A program made the position numbers and the translations under genes. Below, in pieces: positions 48,733 to 57,871 of a stretch of DNA of 64,000 nucleotides. The notes beneath the pieces are model-generated. The model was not told the DNA's origin, made no database searches, and saw nothing but the letters and a program-made list of their open reading frames with translations. This DNA comes from a virus: positions 22,330-86,329 of IMG/VR virus record IMGVR_UViG_3300032156_000003; one strand, given 5' to 3'. Numbering within the stretch: position 1 is the first letter of the stretch; every line of letters begins with the position of its first letter.

Positions 48733-49717
48733 AATCTATCATGGAAGGCTAGAGTGGACGGCGACGGCGTTGGACCCAATACATCACGGGGCGGGAACGG
48801 AGGGGAACACGCAGATTCTGCGAATGCAGGATGTCATGCTTCCAGACGGAAGCCCGGCGCGGGTTCCGTTCATTTCCGGGAACAGCATCAAGCACATGAT
48901 TCGTGACGGCGGCGTACGCTTCGCGCTTGAGGCGATGGGTGTTCAGGCGGGGACGTTGAGCAAAGCTGTCGTCGATTTGCTTTTCAGCGGAGGCGCGTTG
49001 ACGAAAAGCGGAGCGGCTGTGAACCTGGCACATGCGAGAGATATCGCGACGCTATTTCCGATTCTGTCGGTGTGTGGATATGCGGCCGGGAACTTCATGC
49101 AGGCGAGCAAGGTGCGCGTCGAACACATGCACCTCGCGTGTGCCGAAAACGAATGGAGGGTTCCGACATCGGCGGCGTCGGTTCCGCAACTTCGGATTCG
49201 TGCCGCTGCGTTTCGCGGGGAAGAGTTCGGGACACGTCATGAGCCGACGCGGGAGCCGCGAGTGTTCGCTCTTCTGACAGAAGCCGACCGTGGTGCGCGC
49301 TTGCGACAACTCACGGGAGACGTACAGAATGGTGAGTCCGAAAAGTCACAACAGATGTATTACGAGTTTCAGACCGTAGCGGCTGGCTCTGTGTGGTTCG
49401 GAGGATTGACGTTTGATGACTTGTCGATATTCGAGCTTGCGGCCCTGCGTTCGGCCTTGGAGCGCGCGGCAGACGGGACAGCCGGAGACGGTTCGATCAT
49501 CTACCGCATCGGAGCCAAGGGTGCGATTGGGTACGGCCGCATGTCATTCCGTTTCGACGGCGGTTTGCGCGGCACGGTTTCTCCGCCGACATACTCATCA
49601 GAAGAGGGAATCATGCCGCTTGGAGAGAAGGCAGACATCGACGCCATGGCTGCTTACGTGAAGCACCTTCGGGAGAAGAGAGACACTATCCTACAATCGC
49701 TGGAGGCTATCGCGTGA
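48725..49717 (+). CDS. csf2: Type IV backbone RAMP Csf2 (Cas7-like)
   Basis: 'TALDPIHHG', 'VPFISGNSIKH..RD', 'LLFSGGAL', 'FP..S..G', 'SQQM.Y', G-loop 'IGAKGAIGYG'. Confidence 0.92.
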   Translation: MTEIYHGRLEWTATALDPIHHGAGTEGNTQILRMQDVMLPDGSPARVPFISGNSIKHMIRDGGVRFALEAMGVQAGTLSKAVVDLLFSGGALTKSGAAVNLAHARDIATLFPILSVCGYAAGNFMQASKVRVEHMHLACAENEWRVPTSAASVPQLRIRAAAFRGEEFGTRHEPTREPRVFALLTEADRGARLRQLTGDVQNGESEKSQQMYYEFQTVAAGSVWFGGLTFDDLSIFELAALRSALERAADGTAGDGSIIYRIGAKGAIGYGRMSFRFDGGLRGTVSPPTYSSEEGIMPLGEKADIDAMAAYVKHLREKRDTILQSLEAIA

Positions 49718-50466
49718 AACCCATCATGGTAACGGCGCACATGTCCGAGCCGATCGTAACCTACGGAGACGGTCTGCACCTTGACGGGCCGCTGGCGTTC
49801 GCGTGCTACCAGGACTTGGACGCAGAGGCACGCGCTATAGTACCCGCCATAGAGTCACCGTGGGCAGAAGATTTCGAGTTGCCGTTGGAGAAGTGGTCTG
49901 GTCCAAGTGAACTCTTTTCGACAACAGACACGCGACTCACAACTGATGGCGTGATAGCACCGGACACCGACGGCGTTCTTTGCGGTGAGGTGTGGGGATG
50001 GCGATGCTCTGCGGCTGTCGCTGTCGGTCCATCGTGGGCAACGACACACGACCATCGCCGAAGGCCAGCGGTTGAAGAGATGGTTCAGTGGTCAGAGGCC
50101 AAGCGACTTGAAATCGGAGGTGGGCCGCGAGCTGCGAGAAACCTCAAGTTCCCGGCGACGACAGTGAGAACGCTTCGGTGGTACGCGGTTGGTGACGGTG
50201 ACAAGGTGCGAGCGCTTCTTTCTCGACACGTCCCGGCGATAGGGAAACTGGCGAGGACAGGTTCAGGCCGCGTGAAGGAATGGATAGTTGAAGAAACGGG
50301 GAATGATTGGTCAACATCCGGTCCGAACGGAGAAGTCATGCGGCGCTTGCCGTCTCGGATGTTGCCTGATTTTCCGACGACGGAAGGAGCGATTCGCGCT
50401 CCGTATCACCATCGTTCCAGGTGGGTGAATACGGTGTCGCCAGAGGCGTGGACAAGTGGTCTCTGA
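49714..50466 (+). CDS. csf3: Type IV RAMP Csf3 (Cas5-like)
   Basis: 'LHLDG.LA', 'LPL', 'W...CS', 'W.AVGD...V..LL....IGK....G.G.V..W', 'RR.P', 'R.PY.H'. Confidence 0.88.
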   Translation: MKPIMVTAHMSEPIVTYGDGLHLDGPLAFACYQDLDAEARAIVPAIESPWAEDFELPLEKWSGPSELFSTTDTRLTTDGVIAPDTDGVLCGEVWGWRCSAAVAVGPSWATTHDHRRRPAVEEMVQWSEAKRLEIGGGPRAARNLKFPATTVRTLRWYAVGDGDKVRALLSRHVPAIGKLARTGSGRVKEWIVEETGNDWSTSGPNGEVMRRLPSRMLPDFPTTEGAIRAPYHHRSRWVNTVSPEAWTSGL

Positions 50467-51277
50467 ACCCGTACTCACAGATGAGGACCGACGGTTGTGG
50501 GCGATGTGGGAGCGCGCGGCGGTCGCGTGGTCCAAGACGCTGGCGCACTCTGTTCGTGTTGATAGGGCGCAAGATACGCTACGAAGATTTTCAGAGGCGT
50601 CGAATGACAACGGGTGGCGCTTAATGTGGTCCGGCGGTAAGGATTCAACCGCCATGGCGCACCTCGCGGCGAACGCTGGAGTTGGTGTTGTGCGAGCGGT
50701 GAGCGTCAAGGATGACCTCGATTTTCCCGGTGAAGAAGAGTACGTGCAAGAGCGAGCGCGAGAGTGGGGAGTTGATGTTGAGGTTATTCACCCGACATGT
50801 TCTCTTGTGGAACTCGTGTCCAACGACAACGAAGCGTTCATTCCTGGGGCGGACATCCACGGGCGCGGAACGCTGCTTTCGCGGGCAGGGTTCTACCCTC
50901 TCTTGCGAGATCACAGGGCGTCTCACGGAAACTATCACATCGCTCTTGGGTTGCGCACCGCAGAGTCTCGCGCACGCACGGTAAACCGCGCGACACATGG
51001 AACCATCTACCGCAAGAAGGACGGTCAACTGGTGTGCCAGCCGATAGCGGATTGGGCAGACATCGACGTGTATGCCTATCTGTTTTCTAACGATATCGAG
51101 GTGCTACCTCTGTATCGCTGCGTGCGACTGTCCGAGTCTCCGGGCCGCGTCCGAAAGAGTTGGTGGCTGCCTGGAAAGAGCGCGACGCAGGGCGGGACAA
51201 TTTGGTTGAGGACGTACTACCCGAGCCTGTTCTCAAAGCTCCGGGAGATGTTGCCGCAGCACAACATTTTCGCTTGA
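50456..51277 (+). CDS. Type IV-B-associated CysH-like (PAPS reductase family) protein
   Basis: WSGGKDS PP-loop, 'GLRTAES..R', 'P..DW...DV.AY'; no CC/CxxC ligands; overlaps csf3. Confidence 0.9.
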   Translation: MVSEPVLTDEDRRLWAMWERAAVAWSKTLAHSVRVDRAQDTLRRFSEASNDNGWRLMWSGGKDSTAMAHLAANAGVGVVRAVSVKDDLDFPGEEEYVQERAREWGVDVEVIHPTCSLVELVSNDNEAFIPGADIHGRGTLLSRAGFYPLLRDHRASHGNYHIALGLRTAESRARTVNRATHGTIYRKKDGQLVCQPIADWADIDVYAYLFSNDIEVLPLYRCVRLSESPGRVRKSWWLPGKSATQGGTIWLRTYYPSLFSKLREMLPQHNIFA

Positions 51278-51304
51278 CACGAGCAACAGCCTGTAATAGG
51301 CTGT
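51273..51304 (+). promoter_or_regulatory. Promoter with CTTGACA-N3-GCAA motif and overlapping inverted repeat
   Basis: TTGACA 51274-51279 overlaps the cysH stop; TAGGCT -10; ACAGCCT-GTAAT-AGGCTGT at 51286-51304. Confidence 0.65.
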
Positions 51305-51319
51305 CGAGTGAGGTGGGCG

Positions 51320-51589
51320 ATGCGCGGACGGTGGTTTATTTCTCCACATGCGGTTAGGCGTTTCATGGAGCGTGCGTTGCGCGGTGCAACATACGAAGAG
51401 GCGCTTGAGAAACTGATTGTCGCGTCCGAGACGGCACGACTGATTCGAGAGGACCACAATCCCGGCGTCGACCTGTACAGGACGAAGGCAGAGCCAGGTG
51501 GACGTGGCAGAATACGCCTTCTCGTGTCGCGTCGGTTACCGGGAGCGCCACAACTCATGACGGTTATTGTCGGGGGAAGGGAAGCATAA
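51320..51589 (+). CDS. Small protein with 'HAxxR' motif (DUF4258 / RNase-toxin-like)
   Basis: 'ISPHAVRRF.ER' and C-terminal 'LMTV'. Confidence 0.45.
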   Translation: MRGRWFISPHAVRRFMERALRGATYEEALEKLIVASETARLIREDHNPGVDLYRTKAEPGGRGRIRLLVSRRLPGAPQLMTVIVGGREA

Positions 51590-51590
51590 A

Positions 51591-52226
51591 ATGATTGTAG
51601 AAAATATTGTGTCAGAGATTTCAAAGCTTTCACAATTGGCAGAATCCAAAAGAGTTTACGCGTACAACGCCATCGTGCGCGCCGCGTCAAACATCGTGCG
51701 CGACGTTTCTGGAGACCCGGCGACGTGTCCGCAACTCATCCCGGCAGCAAGGATAGTCGGGAACTCCTACAACCCAAACACGGTCGCCGGTCCAGAACTC
51801 GACCTGCTAGAGCAATCGATGCGCGCAGACGGCATTACGATGTGCGTCGTTGTCATGAAGGATGCAGACGAATGGACGGTTGTAGACGGGTTTCACCGGC
51901 ACAAGGTGGGGACGTCCAGACTTGGACGTCGGTACATTCCATGCTCGGTGATAGACCGTCCATTGGCCGATCGTATGGCTTCGACGATTCGGCATAACAG
52001 AGCGCGTGGTAAACATCAGGTTGAACTCATGGGTGCTCTTGTGCGTAGCATGTTGGGTCTCGGGTGGGATGATGAACGTATTGCTGAATCACTTGGGATG
52101 TCCATAGAGGAGCTTCTCAGATTGAAACAGGTTGTTGGTGTTGCTGTTCTCATGGCCGCCGAGCGATATGGAGAGTTCTACGGACGTGACGATGAGCCTC
52201 CTTTGCCACCGGAGGATGAGCCGTGA
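51591..52226 (+). CDS. IbrB-like ParB/Srx domain protein
   Basis: 'N.YNPN.VA.PE..LL..S...DG', 'VVDGFHR', 'RMASTIRHNRARGKH', C-terminal HTH. Confidence 0.9.
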   Translation: MIVENIVSEISKLSQLAESKRVYAYNAIVRAASNIVRDVSGDPATCPQLIPAARIVGNSYNPNTVAGPELDLLEQSMRADGITMCVVVMKDADEWTVVDGFHRHKVGTSRLGRRYIPCSVIDRPLADRMASTIRHNRARGKHQVELMGALVRSMLGLGWDDERIAESLGMSIEELLRLKQVVGVAVLMAAERYGEFYGRDDEPPLPPEDEP

Positions 52227-53026
52227 GCGGTAATATTTGGATAACAGGTGATCCCAATAATGTCCCGTTGGATAGGGGTGAAAGGTCACTTTGGGTCTAC
52301 TCTGACAAGTGGGTCACACCTGTTGTGGAGCGAAAAATGACATTTGACAAATATCTTAAAGACCCATGGGGTTCCATTGCAGATATTGATCGTGTGATTG
52401 TAGTCGGATTGACGGATATTATCACGCCGTCCAACCGTGTAAAAACAGGTCCATTTCTTACCGAGCCGTGGCGCGGACCAATGCGAGAAAGCATTGACCG
52501 TAGGTTATTTATAGGAGAACCGTGGCGCGCATGGTGGCACTGGGGATGTGTTGGTGGTAAATGGGATGATATAAATCACAGTTTCGCGTTGGAGGGGAAA
52601 TGGAATCAAGCAATGGATGGGAGGATAACTGACCCGTGTTCAATTGCTGAATTCTTACGAGTCGGGAAAGGCACAATCAAAACACATCGGAGCGCGCCTA
52701 CATTTGGTGGAATTCACATTGATGTCAGAGCAGTATCCAATGATATACGGAACGCCTATGAAAAAGAGAAGGCACGAGCTTTCGAAGAAGAAACCACGTG
52801 GCGAGGTGTAGTTAAACGGCTAGGTGCGTTTGCACAATCGAATTGCCCATGGCGCGTTATGCCGTCACGAATGAATCTGTTTAAGGTTTTGGGTGAACTC
52901 ATCCCTCCTAGAATTGTTGCGACGGACCTTCCAGTAGATACGCTGGTCTCCGATTGGCATAGCAAAACCGTACAACTTGTTGATTGTATTGTAAAAGAAT
53001 TCACGGGGACGCAATGGACACGCTAA
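52223..53026 (+). CDS. Hypothetical protein between IbrB-like and IbrA-like genes
   Basis: Coupled ORF, lower GC. Confidence 0.6.
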   Translation: MSGNIWITGDPNNVPLDRGERSLWVYSDKWVTPVVERKMTFDKYLKDPWGSIADIDRVIVVGLTDIITPSNRVKTGPFLTEPWRGPMRESIDRRLFIGEPWRAWWHWGCVGGKWDDINHSFALEGKWNQAMDGRITDPCSIAEFLRVGKGTIKTHRSAPTFGGIHIDVRAVSNDIRNAYEKEKARAFEEETTWRGVVKRLGAFAQSNCPWRVMPSRMNLFKVLGELIPPRIVATDLPVDTLVSDWHSKTVQLVDCIVKEFTGTQWTR

Positions 53027-54066
53027 CGGTATCAGTAAGGCGCATCAGATGGTTATTTCGGGAATTTCCGCGCGTTGTGGTGAGCGTATCCAGCGGGAAG
53101 GATTCGACCGTCCTCTACCACCTCGCACTGACGGAGGCGGAGCGCGCAGGACGGAAGGTCGAGGTGTTCTTCCTCGACCAGGAGGCCGAGTATCAATCCT
53201 CAATTGACATCATCTCACAATGGATGCGGCACCCGCTCGTGATTCCCAAGTGGTATCAGGTTCCGCTGTTGCTAACGAACGCAACATCCCACAGGGATGT
53301 TTTCCTACGGGCCTGGTGGCCCGGTGAGAAGTGGATCAGGGATAAGGACCCGATTGCAATCAGCGAGATTGATGGGCACTACCCAAACAGGTTCTACGAT
53401 TTTTTCCCGTGGATAGAGGCCCAGGCGAGTGAGAAGACGGCGTTCCTCGTCGGGATTCGGATGTGGGAGTCACTCAATCGCCAGCGTGCGACGAAGATCC
53501 ACGCTGGGTATGAAAACTACGGATGGAGCACGAAGACCAAGAACCCGTTGTCGTTCCGGTTCTATCCTATCTACCATTGGCAACCGAGGTACATTTGGAA
53601 GTACATTGCGGACAGTGGCGTTCCATATAACAACGTTTACAATAAGATGTACATGAAGTCGGGAGTCGACCTGTGCAAAATGCGCGTAAGCAATCTCGTA
53701 CACGAGCAAGCGTATCGATCGCTACTTTCATTGCAAGAGTACGAGCCAGAAACCTACGAACGTCTCATCACCAGACTCGGCGGAGTACACGCTGCGGCAC
53801 TCTACGCGAACGAACAAGGCATATATAAGGCTGACAAACTTCCGACCGCTCATCCGTCGTGGTTATCATACAGAGACTATCTTTTGGAAACCACGCCAAG
53901 CGAATACAAGGAAAGATTTTCCAAGAGATTTTCCCGACAGCATACAGACGAGGCTACCTGCAAACAACAGGTCAAACAGCTGTTGTCCAATGATTGGGAG
54001 GGAAACCTACCCATCTTGCGCCCAAAGGCGGAAAGGCTGCGGGAGACGTGGTGGAACAGATTATAG
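53014..54066 (+). CDS. IbrA-like PAPS-reductase / DUF3440 protein
   Basis: 'RI...F.EF....VS.SSGKDS', 'F.DQEAEY', 'VGIR..ES..R', 'FYPIY.W', 'YN..Y..M', 'MRVS', 'EPET'. Confidence 0.88.
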   Translation: MDTLTVSVRRIRWLFREFPRVVVSVSSGKDSTVLYHLALTEAERAGRKVEVFFLDQEAEYQSSIDIISQWMRHPLVIPKWYQVPLLLTNATSHRDVFLRAWWPGEKWIRDKDPIAISEIDGHYPNRFYDFFPWIEAQASEKTAFLVGIRMWESLNRQRATKIHAGYENYGWSTKTKNPLSFRFYPIYHWQPRYIWKYIADSGVPYNNVYNKMYMKSGVDLCKMRVSNLVHEQAYRSLLSLQEYEPETYERLITRLGGVHAAALYANEQGIYKADKLPTAHPSWLSYRDYLLETTPSEYKERFSKRFSRQHTDEATCKQQVKQLLSNDWEGNLPILRPKAERLRETWWNRL

Positions 54067-54704
54067 AGTCGACATGGTCCGGCATAGTGATGACGCACCC
54101 ATCCCGCGCACATCAACAGAACTGGTTTCATGGGTGGCCACGCATGGTTGATCCCGGGATAGGGCTCACGCGGAACTTCTGCGAGGCGATGAGGAGCGCA
54201 GCAACCGCAGGGGAGACGTGGTCCGTCGTCGCACAGGATGACGTTGAACCGTGTCGCGGTTTGGTATCCAATTTGGGGCGGATTCTCGGCGAAGTTCCAT
54301 TCGGTTTTGGTGTAGTTTCTTTTTTTTCCATCGGGAGGGTTCGCGATTGGAATGACATTCGGAGTGGGGTAAGGTGGAGGGCTCATAGGCGAGGAGAATT
54401 ACTTTGGATTTTGCTCCTAGCCGTCCGCACAGAAATTGCGCATGCGGTCGCTAACGGAGTCGAGATGCAGAGGCGACCGGCCGATGCAAACGGCTGTCGC
54501 CATACCACAACCGGATGTGATGAGCGCCTTTCGTTGTGGCTCGACGCGAACGGGGTCATGTCGGCAACACACCTTCCTAGCCTGGTGCAGCATCGCGGGG
54601 AAAGGTCGTTGGCAGGGCACGGGTGGACAATAGGTGGAAGGGCTAGAGTATCACCTACCTATTCGTACAACACGCTGGAAGCCCTGTATGGAGAATGGCA
54701 ATGA
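54048..54704 (+). CDS. Glycosyltransferase-like protein (GT-A fold)
   Basis: 'M.HPSR', 'VAQDDV' DxD-like motif, 'D..L..W', 'PSLVQH...SL'. Confidence 0.6.
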   Translation: MVEQIIESTWSGIVMTHPSRAHQQNWFHGWPRMVDPGIGLTRNFCEAMRSAATAGETWSVVAQDDVEPCRGLVSNLGRILGEVPFGFGVVSFFSIGRVRDWNDIRSGVRWRAHRRGELLWILLLAVRTEIAHAVANGVEMQRRPADANGCRHTTTGCDERLSLWLDANGVMSATHLPSLVQHRGERSLAGHGWTIGGRARVSPTYSYNTLEALYGEWQ

Positions 54705-56412
54705 CCACGTGCTTGTGGTGTGCCAGACCCACGTGCAACGCCAGTGGCAACGGGCGATAGGTTCCCTGTTCGACCTCCCATGCGGCGGGCAGGGCGCGCT
54801 TGTCGAGACGCCGTGGGAGAGGGCCGTGCGTCGCGGGCAGGCCATGGCACCCATCCTGCGAACGCTCACGCCGTATAGCATCCCGGACACGCCGTTCACC
54901 ATCGTGCACTACGGGCTTCTTTCGGCGTGGCAGAAGACCCTTGACGAGCGCGGATACCCCGTCGTCATTTTCGATGAGGTGCAGGAACTTCGGCACTCGG
55001 GAAGCCTGAAATACTCGGCTGCGTCGCTACTGTCATCGGCCGCCGACTGTGTGTGGGGTCTGTCCGGTACCCCCATCTACGGCTACGGCGGAGAGATTTG
55101 GAACGTGCTGAACGCAATAGACTTTCACTGCCTCGGTTCATACGACGCCTTCTCTCGCGAGTGGTGCGCGGGGTACGGCGAGAAGGTGATAGAGAAGCCG
55201 GACGTGCTCGGGGACTACCTTCGGCGCGAAGGGCTCATGCTGCGACGTCGACAGGCAGAGGTACAGCCGGACCTACCGCCCATCATGCGTCGCGTCCAAG
55301 ACGTTGACCACGATGAGTCGTTGCACGCGGAGTTGATGAAAACGGCCGTAGCACAGGCACGCGGATTCAACCAACTTGAATGGCACCGACGCGGGCAAAC
55401 GGCACGTGACATCGACAGGGCGTCCCGACATGCGGCCGGGGTAGCCAAGGCTCACCAGGTCGGCGCGTTTGTGGCGGGGCTGCTGGAAGCCGGAGAACGA
55501 CCCCTCGTGTTCGCCTGGCACCACGACGTCCACGACATCCTGCAAACTACGCTGTCTGCCTACTCGCCGTCCGTGCTCACCGGGCGCGAGACCGAAGCGC
55601 AAAAGGACAAGGCGCTACAGCGGTTCATCGAAGGAAAGACCGACGTGGCGTTGATGTCCCTACGAACTGCGGCCGGTCTCGACGGCCTACAGGCCAGGGC
55701 GACTTGCGTGGTGATGGCAGAACTCGATTGGTCGCCAGCCGTGCATGGTCAGTGCGAAACTAGGGCGGCCCGGCTTGGAGTCGACGGCAATGTGAAGGAA
55801 ATCCCGAGCTACTATTGCGTTGCGCAAACCGGATACGACATGGTGATGATGGATGTGCTCGGGCTCAAGACCTCTCAATTTGTCGGCATCATGGGAGACG
55901 TGCCGGAGTCGTCCGAGGACAGGAAGGCGCAAGACGAGGCTGTGGCGCGGCGCATTCAGATGCTCATTCAACGGCTGTCGGGAACCGAAACTAAACTGGA
56001 ACCGCGCGGCATCGTCGAGATGTTGGAAAACGGGGAAGTCATTTGGGTAGTGTATCAGTTTGAAGTTCCGGGCCAGAGTCGTGAAAAATTATCGGAGAGC
56101 AGCGATCTCCCCAGCGGCGCATGGCGCGATACCGAGGTGCCGAACCATCGTGCGCAAGTGCCCGACCTCAATCTCAGCATTCGACTTTTTCTTCTTGTGC
56201 GGTCCCTTCGGAAGGTTCGGGAAGGTCATCGGGCCGAACCGCACCAGCCAGTTATGTTCACGCTCGGTCATCGTGAATCCCGGAGCGCACTTTTCAAGCA
56301 TTTCTCTAATCTGCTTGAGAGGAATCGTTCCGAACGACGACATGGCTTACCTAGGCCGCTTCCTCTATCGAGTCGATCTGATTTTGGGCTGGCGTCGTCT
56401 GGCTCATCTTGA
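54688..56412 (+). pseudogene. SNF2 helicase lacking motif I; native stop displaced by the IS
   Basis: Has motif Ia (VLVVC), DEVQ, LSGTP, GLDGLQ, ELDWSP, Q.E.R..R but no Walker A. The pre-insertion end was ...ENGEVIW*. Confidence 0.7.
56089..56343 (-). CDS. HicA-like toxin candidate
   Basis: 84 aa basic; 'H...V......P..H......G.LR.M...LGI' pattern. Confidence 0.55.
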   Translation of the reverse strand: MSSFGTIPLKQIREMLEKCAPGFTMTEREHNWLVRFGPMTFPNLPKGPHKKKKSNAEIEVGHLRTMVRHLGIAPCAAGEIAALR

Positions 56413-56818
56413 TTTCGGAGATCGACAACCCAGGAGTCCGGGCATCTGCATCAACTCGGTTGAGGCCGTCCAGGGCCAACCCTGTGCGGCGTACCTCGGC
56501 GAGGGCTTCGGACCATTCCTCGGCGTTGGGGCGGTTGATCTGCGCGAAGAAACCGATAACCTGATCCCGAAAATTAGCGAAATCTGGTGCGTCGGCCGCT
56601 ATGTCGAACAGAACGGAGTTGTAGCTGTCCCTGAACCGGCACAGGGCCGTCCCGCGATCCTCTCCACCTGCGGCGAGGCCACCAGGTTGGACACCATACA
56701 TCCAGAACCCGTCCCCCTCATCGCTTAGCAAGACCTGTCCACGGATGTCCACGCCAGCCACGAAACCGGTGCCAGCAATCAGGTTACGGAACGAAAAAAT
56801 CATGGGATACTTTTTCAT
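56351..56818 (-). CDS. HicB-like antitoxin candidate
   Basis: GAGG RBS; 'E.DGFW......PGG....G.....A' pattern; adjacent to the HicA-like gene. Confidence 0.55.
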   Translation of the reverse strand: MKKYPMIFSFRNLIAGTGFVAGVDIRGQVLLSDEGDGFWMYGVQPGGLAAGGEDRGTALCRFRDSYNSVLFDIAADAPDFANFRDQVIGFFAQINRPNAEEWSEALAEVRRTGLALDGLNRVDADARTPGLSISEIKMSQTTPAQNQIDSIEEAA

Positions 56819-56937
56819 AGTGACCTCTGGAGGCTGTGCCGATGGCCTCCGCATGGTTCTGTATATAAGATAGTGCCGCCCAAGGGGTAGGGCAACAATG
56901 GAGCCCTTGTCAACGCCGAACATGAGTTCAGGGATGG

Positions 56938-57765
56938 TTACGGGTTGAGCATACCGACCAACTCTTCGATGCTCCACACGTGATCCGCGACTCCCGCTTC
57001 CATGACCGGGGTGACGCGCAGGGTCTTGTGAATCCGGCAGAAGTTGTAGTGCATGAAGTGGAGCGCGACGGCCGCGATGTGGTTCTCCACCTTCTTGCTG
57101 AAAGCGTTGGTCAACCGCGTGAACCGCCGCATGCTCATCCGCATCGTGAGGTTCTGGCGCTCTACGTAGCTCGTGGAGATGTGTTTGGGGTCGGGGTTGC
57201 CGGTTACCACGTCGGTCTCCGTCCCGGTGCACACGGGCGGGCTATAGCGCTTCTCGCCGTTGGGGTCCGTGCCGTACAGCTTTATGAGCACCGCGTAGTC
57301 AATCTCGGAACCGAACGCGCCTTCGACAGCCTGAAGGTACGGCTTGTGACCGTCGCTCGTGAGCTGCACGCGCTTCGCAAGGCGGGAGGCCAAGTCCGAG
57401 ATGAACTGCGCGGCGTCTTCGGCGTTCCTACCGCCGACGTGCCAAGAGGGAACCAACTTCGTGTCCGCGTCGATAGCCGTCCAGGTCCAGACGTCGCCGA
57501 TGCCCTTCTCACCCCTCATGTTCGCGGGGATGTTCTTCTGCTTGGCGTAGACGAAGGACCAGATCTCGTCGACCTGGACGCGCTCGCAAGGCAGTTTGAC
57601 GAGCGTTTTGTGCTGGTAGGCATCGCAGGCCGCGCCGAGGTCTAGGAGCAACTTGATGACGGTGTTGATCGCGGTGTCGGTCATGCGGGCCGTGGCACGG
57701 AGGCTGTTTCCCTCGACCAGCGCCGCGACGATCCGAACCTGCTTCTCTTTTGTGATCCTGTTCAT
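56938..57765 (-). CDS. IS1-family DDE transposase (single ORF)
   Basis: N-terminal HTH 'EGNSLRATAR', 'DEIW', 'W.W.A.D', 'SDG', 'TS.VER.N...R....R..R'. Confidence 0.92.
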   Translation of the reverse strand: MNRITKEKQVRIVAALVEGNSLRATARMTDTAINTVIKLLLDLGAACDAYQHKTLVKLPCERVQVDEIWSFVYAKQKNIPANMRGEKGIGDVWTWTAIDADTKLVPSWHVGGRNAEDAAQFISDLASRLAKRVQLTSDGHKPYLQAVEGAFGSEIDYAVLIKLYGTDPNGEKRYSPPVCTGTETDVVTGNPDPKHISTSYVERQNLTMRMSMRRFTRLTNAFSKKVENHIAAVALHFMHYNFCRIHKTLRVTPVMEAGVADHVWSIEELVGMLNP

Positions 57766-57800
57766 AACTATAATATGCTACAGCGCTCAAGCATTGTCAA

Positions 57801-57829
57801 GCTCTTTTTGTCAGTTTGACAAAAAGAGC
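57801..57829. promoter_or_regulatory. Perfect 13-bp inverted repeat between divergent genes
   Basis: GCTCTTTTTGTCA-GTT-TGACAAAAAGAGC; contains a TTGACA box. Confidence 0.7.
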
Positions 57830-57871
57830 AGAATGCCTGTTGACGGTCATTTTTGATGGTGCTACAAGGAA

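Noticed and set aside
45294-54066. cysH genes as sulfate-assimilation auxiliary metabolic genes
   Set aside because: No C-terminal ECGLH motif and no other cys genes; the contexts are Cas and IbrAB type.
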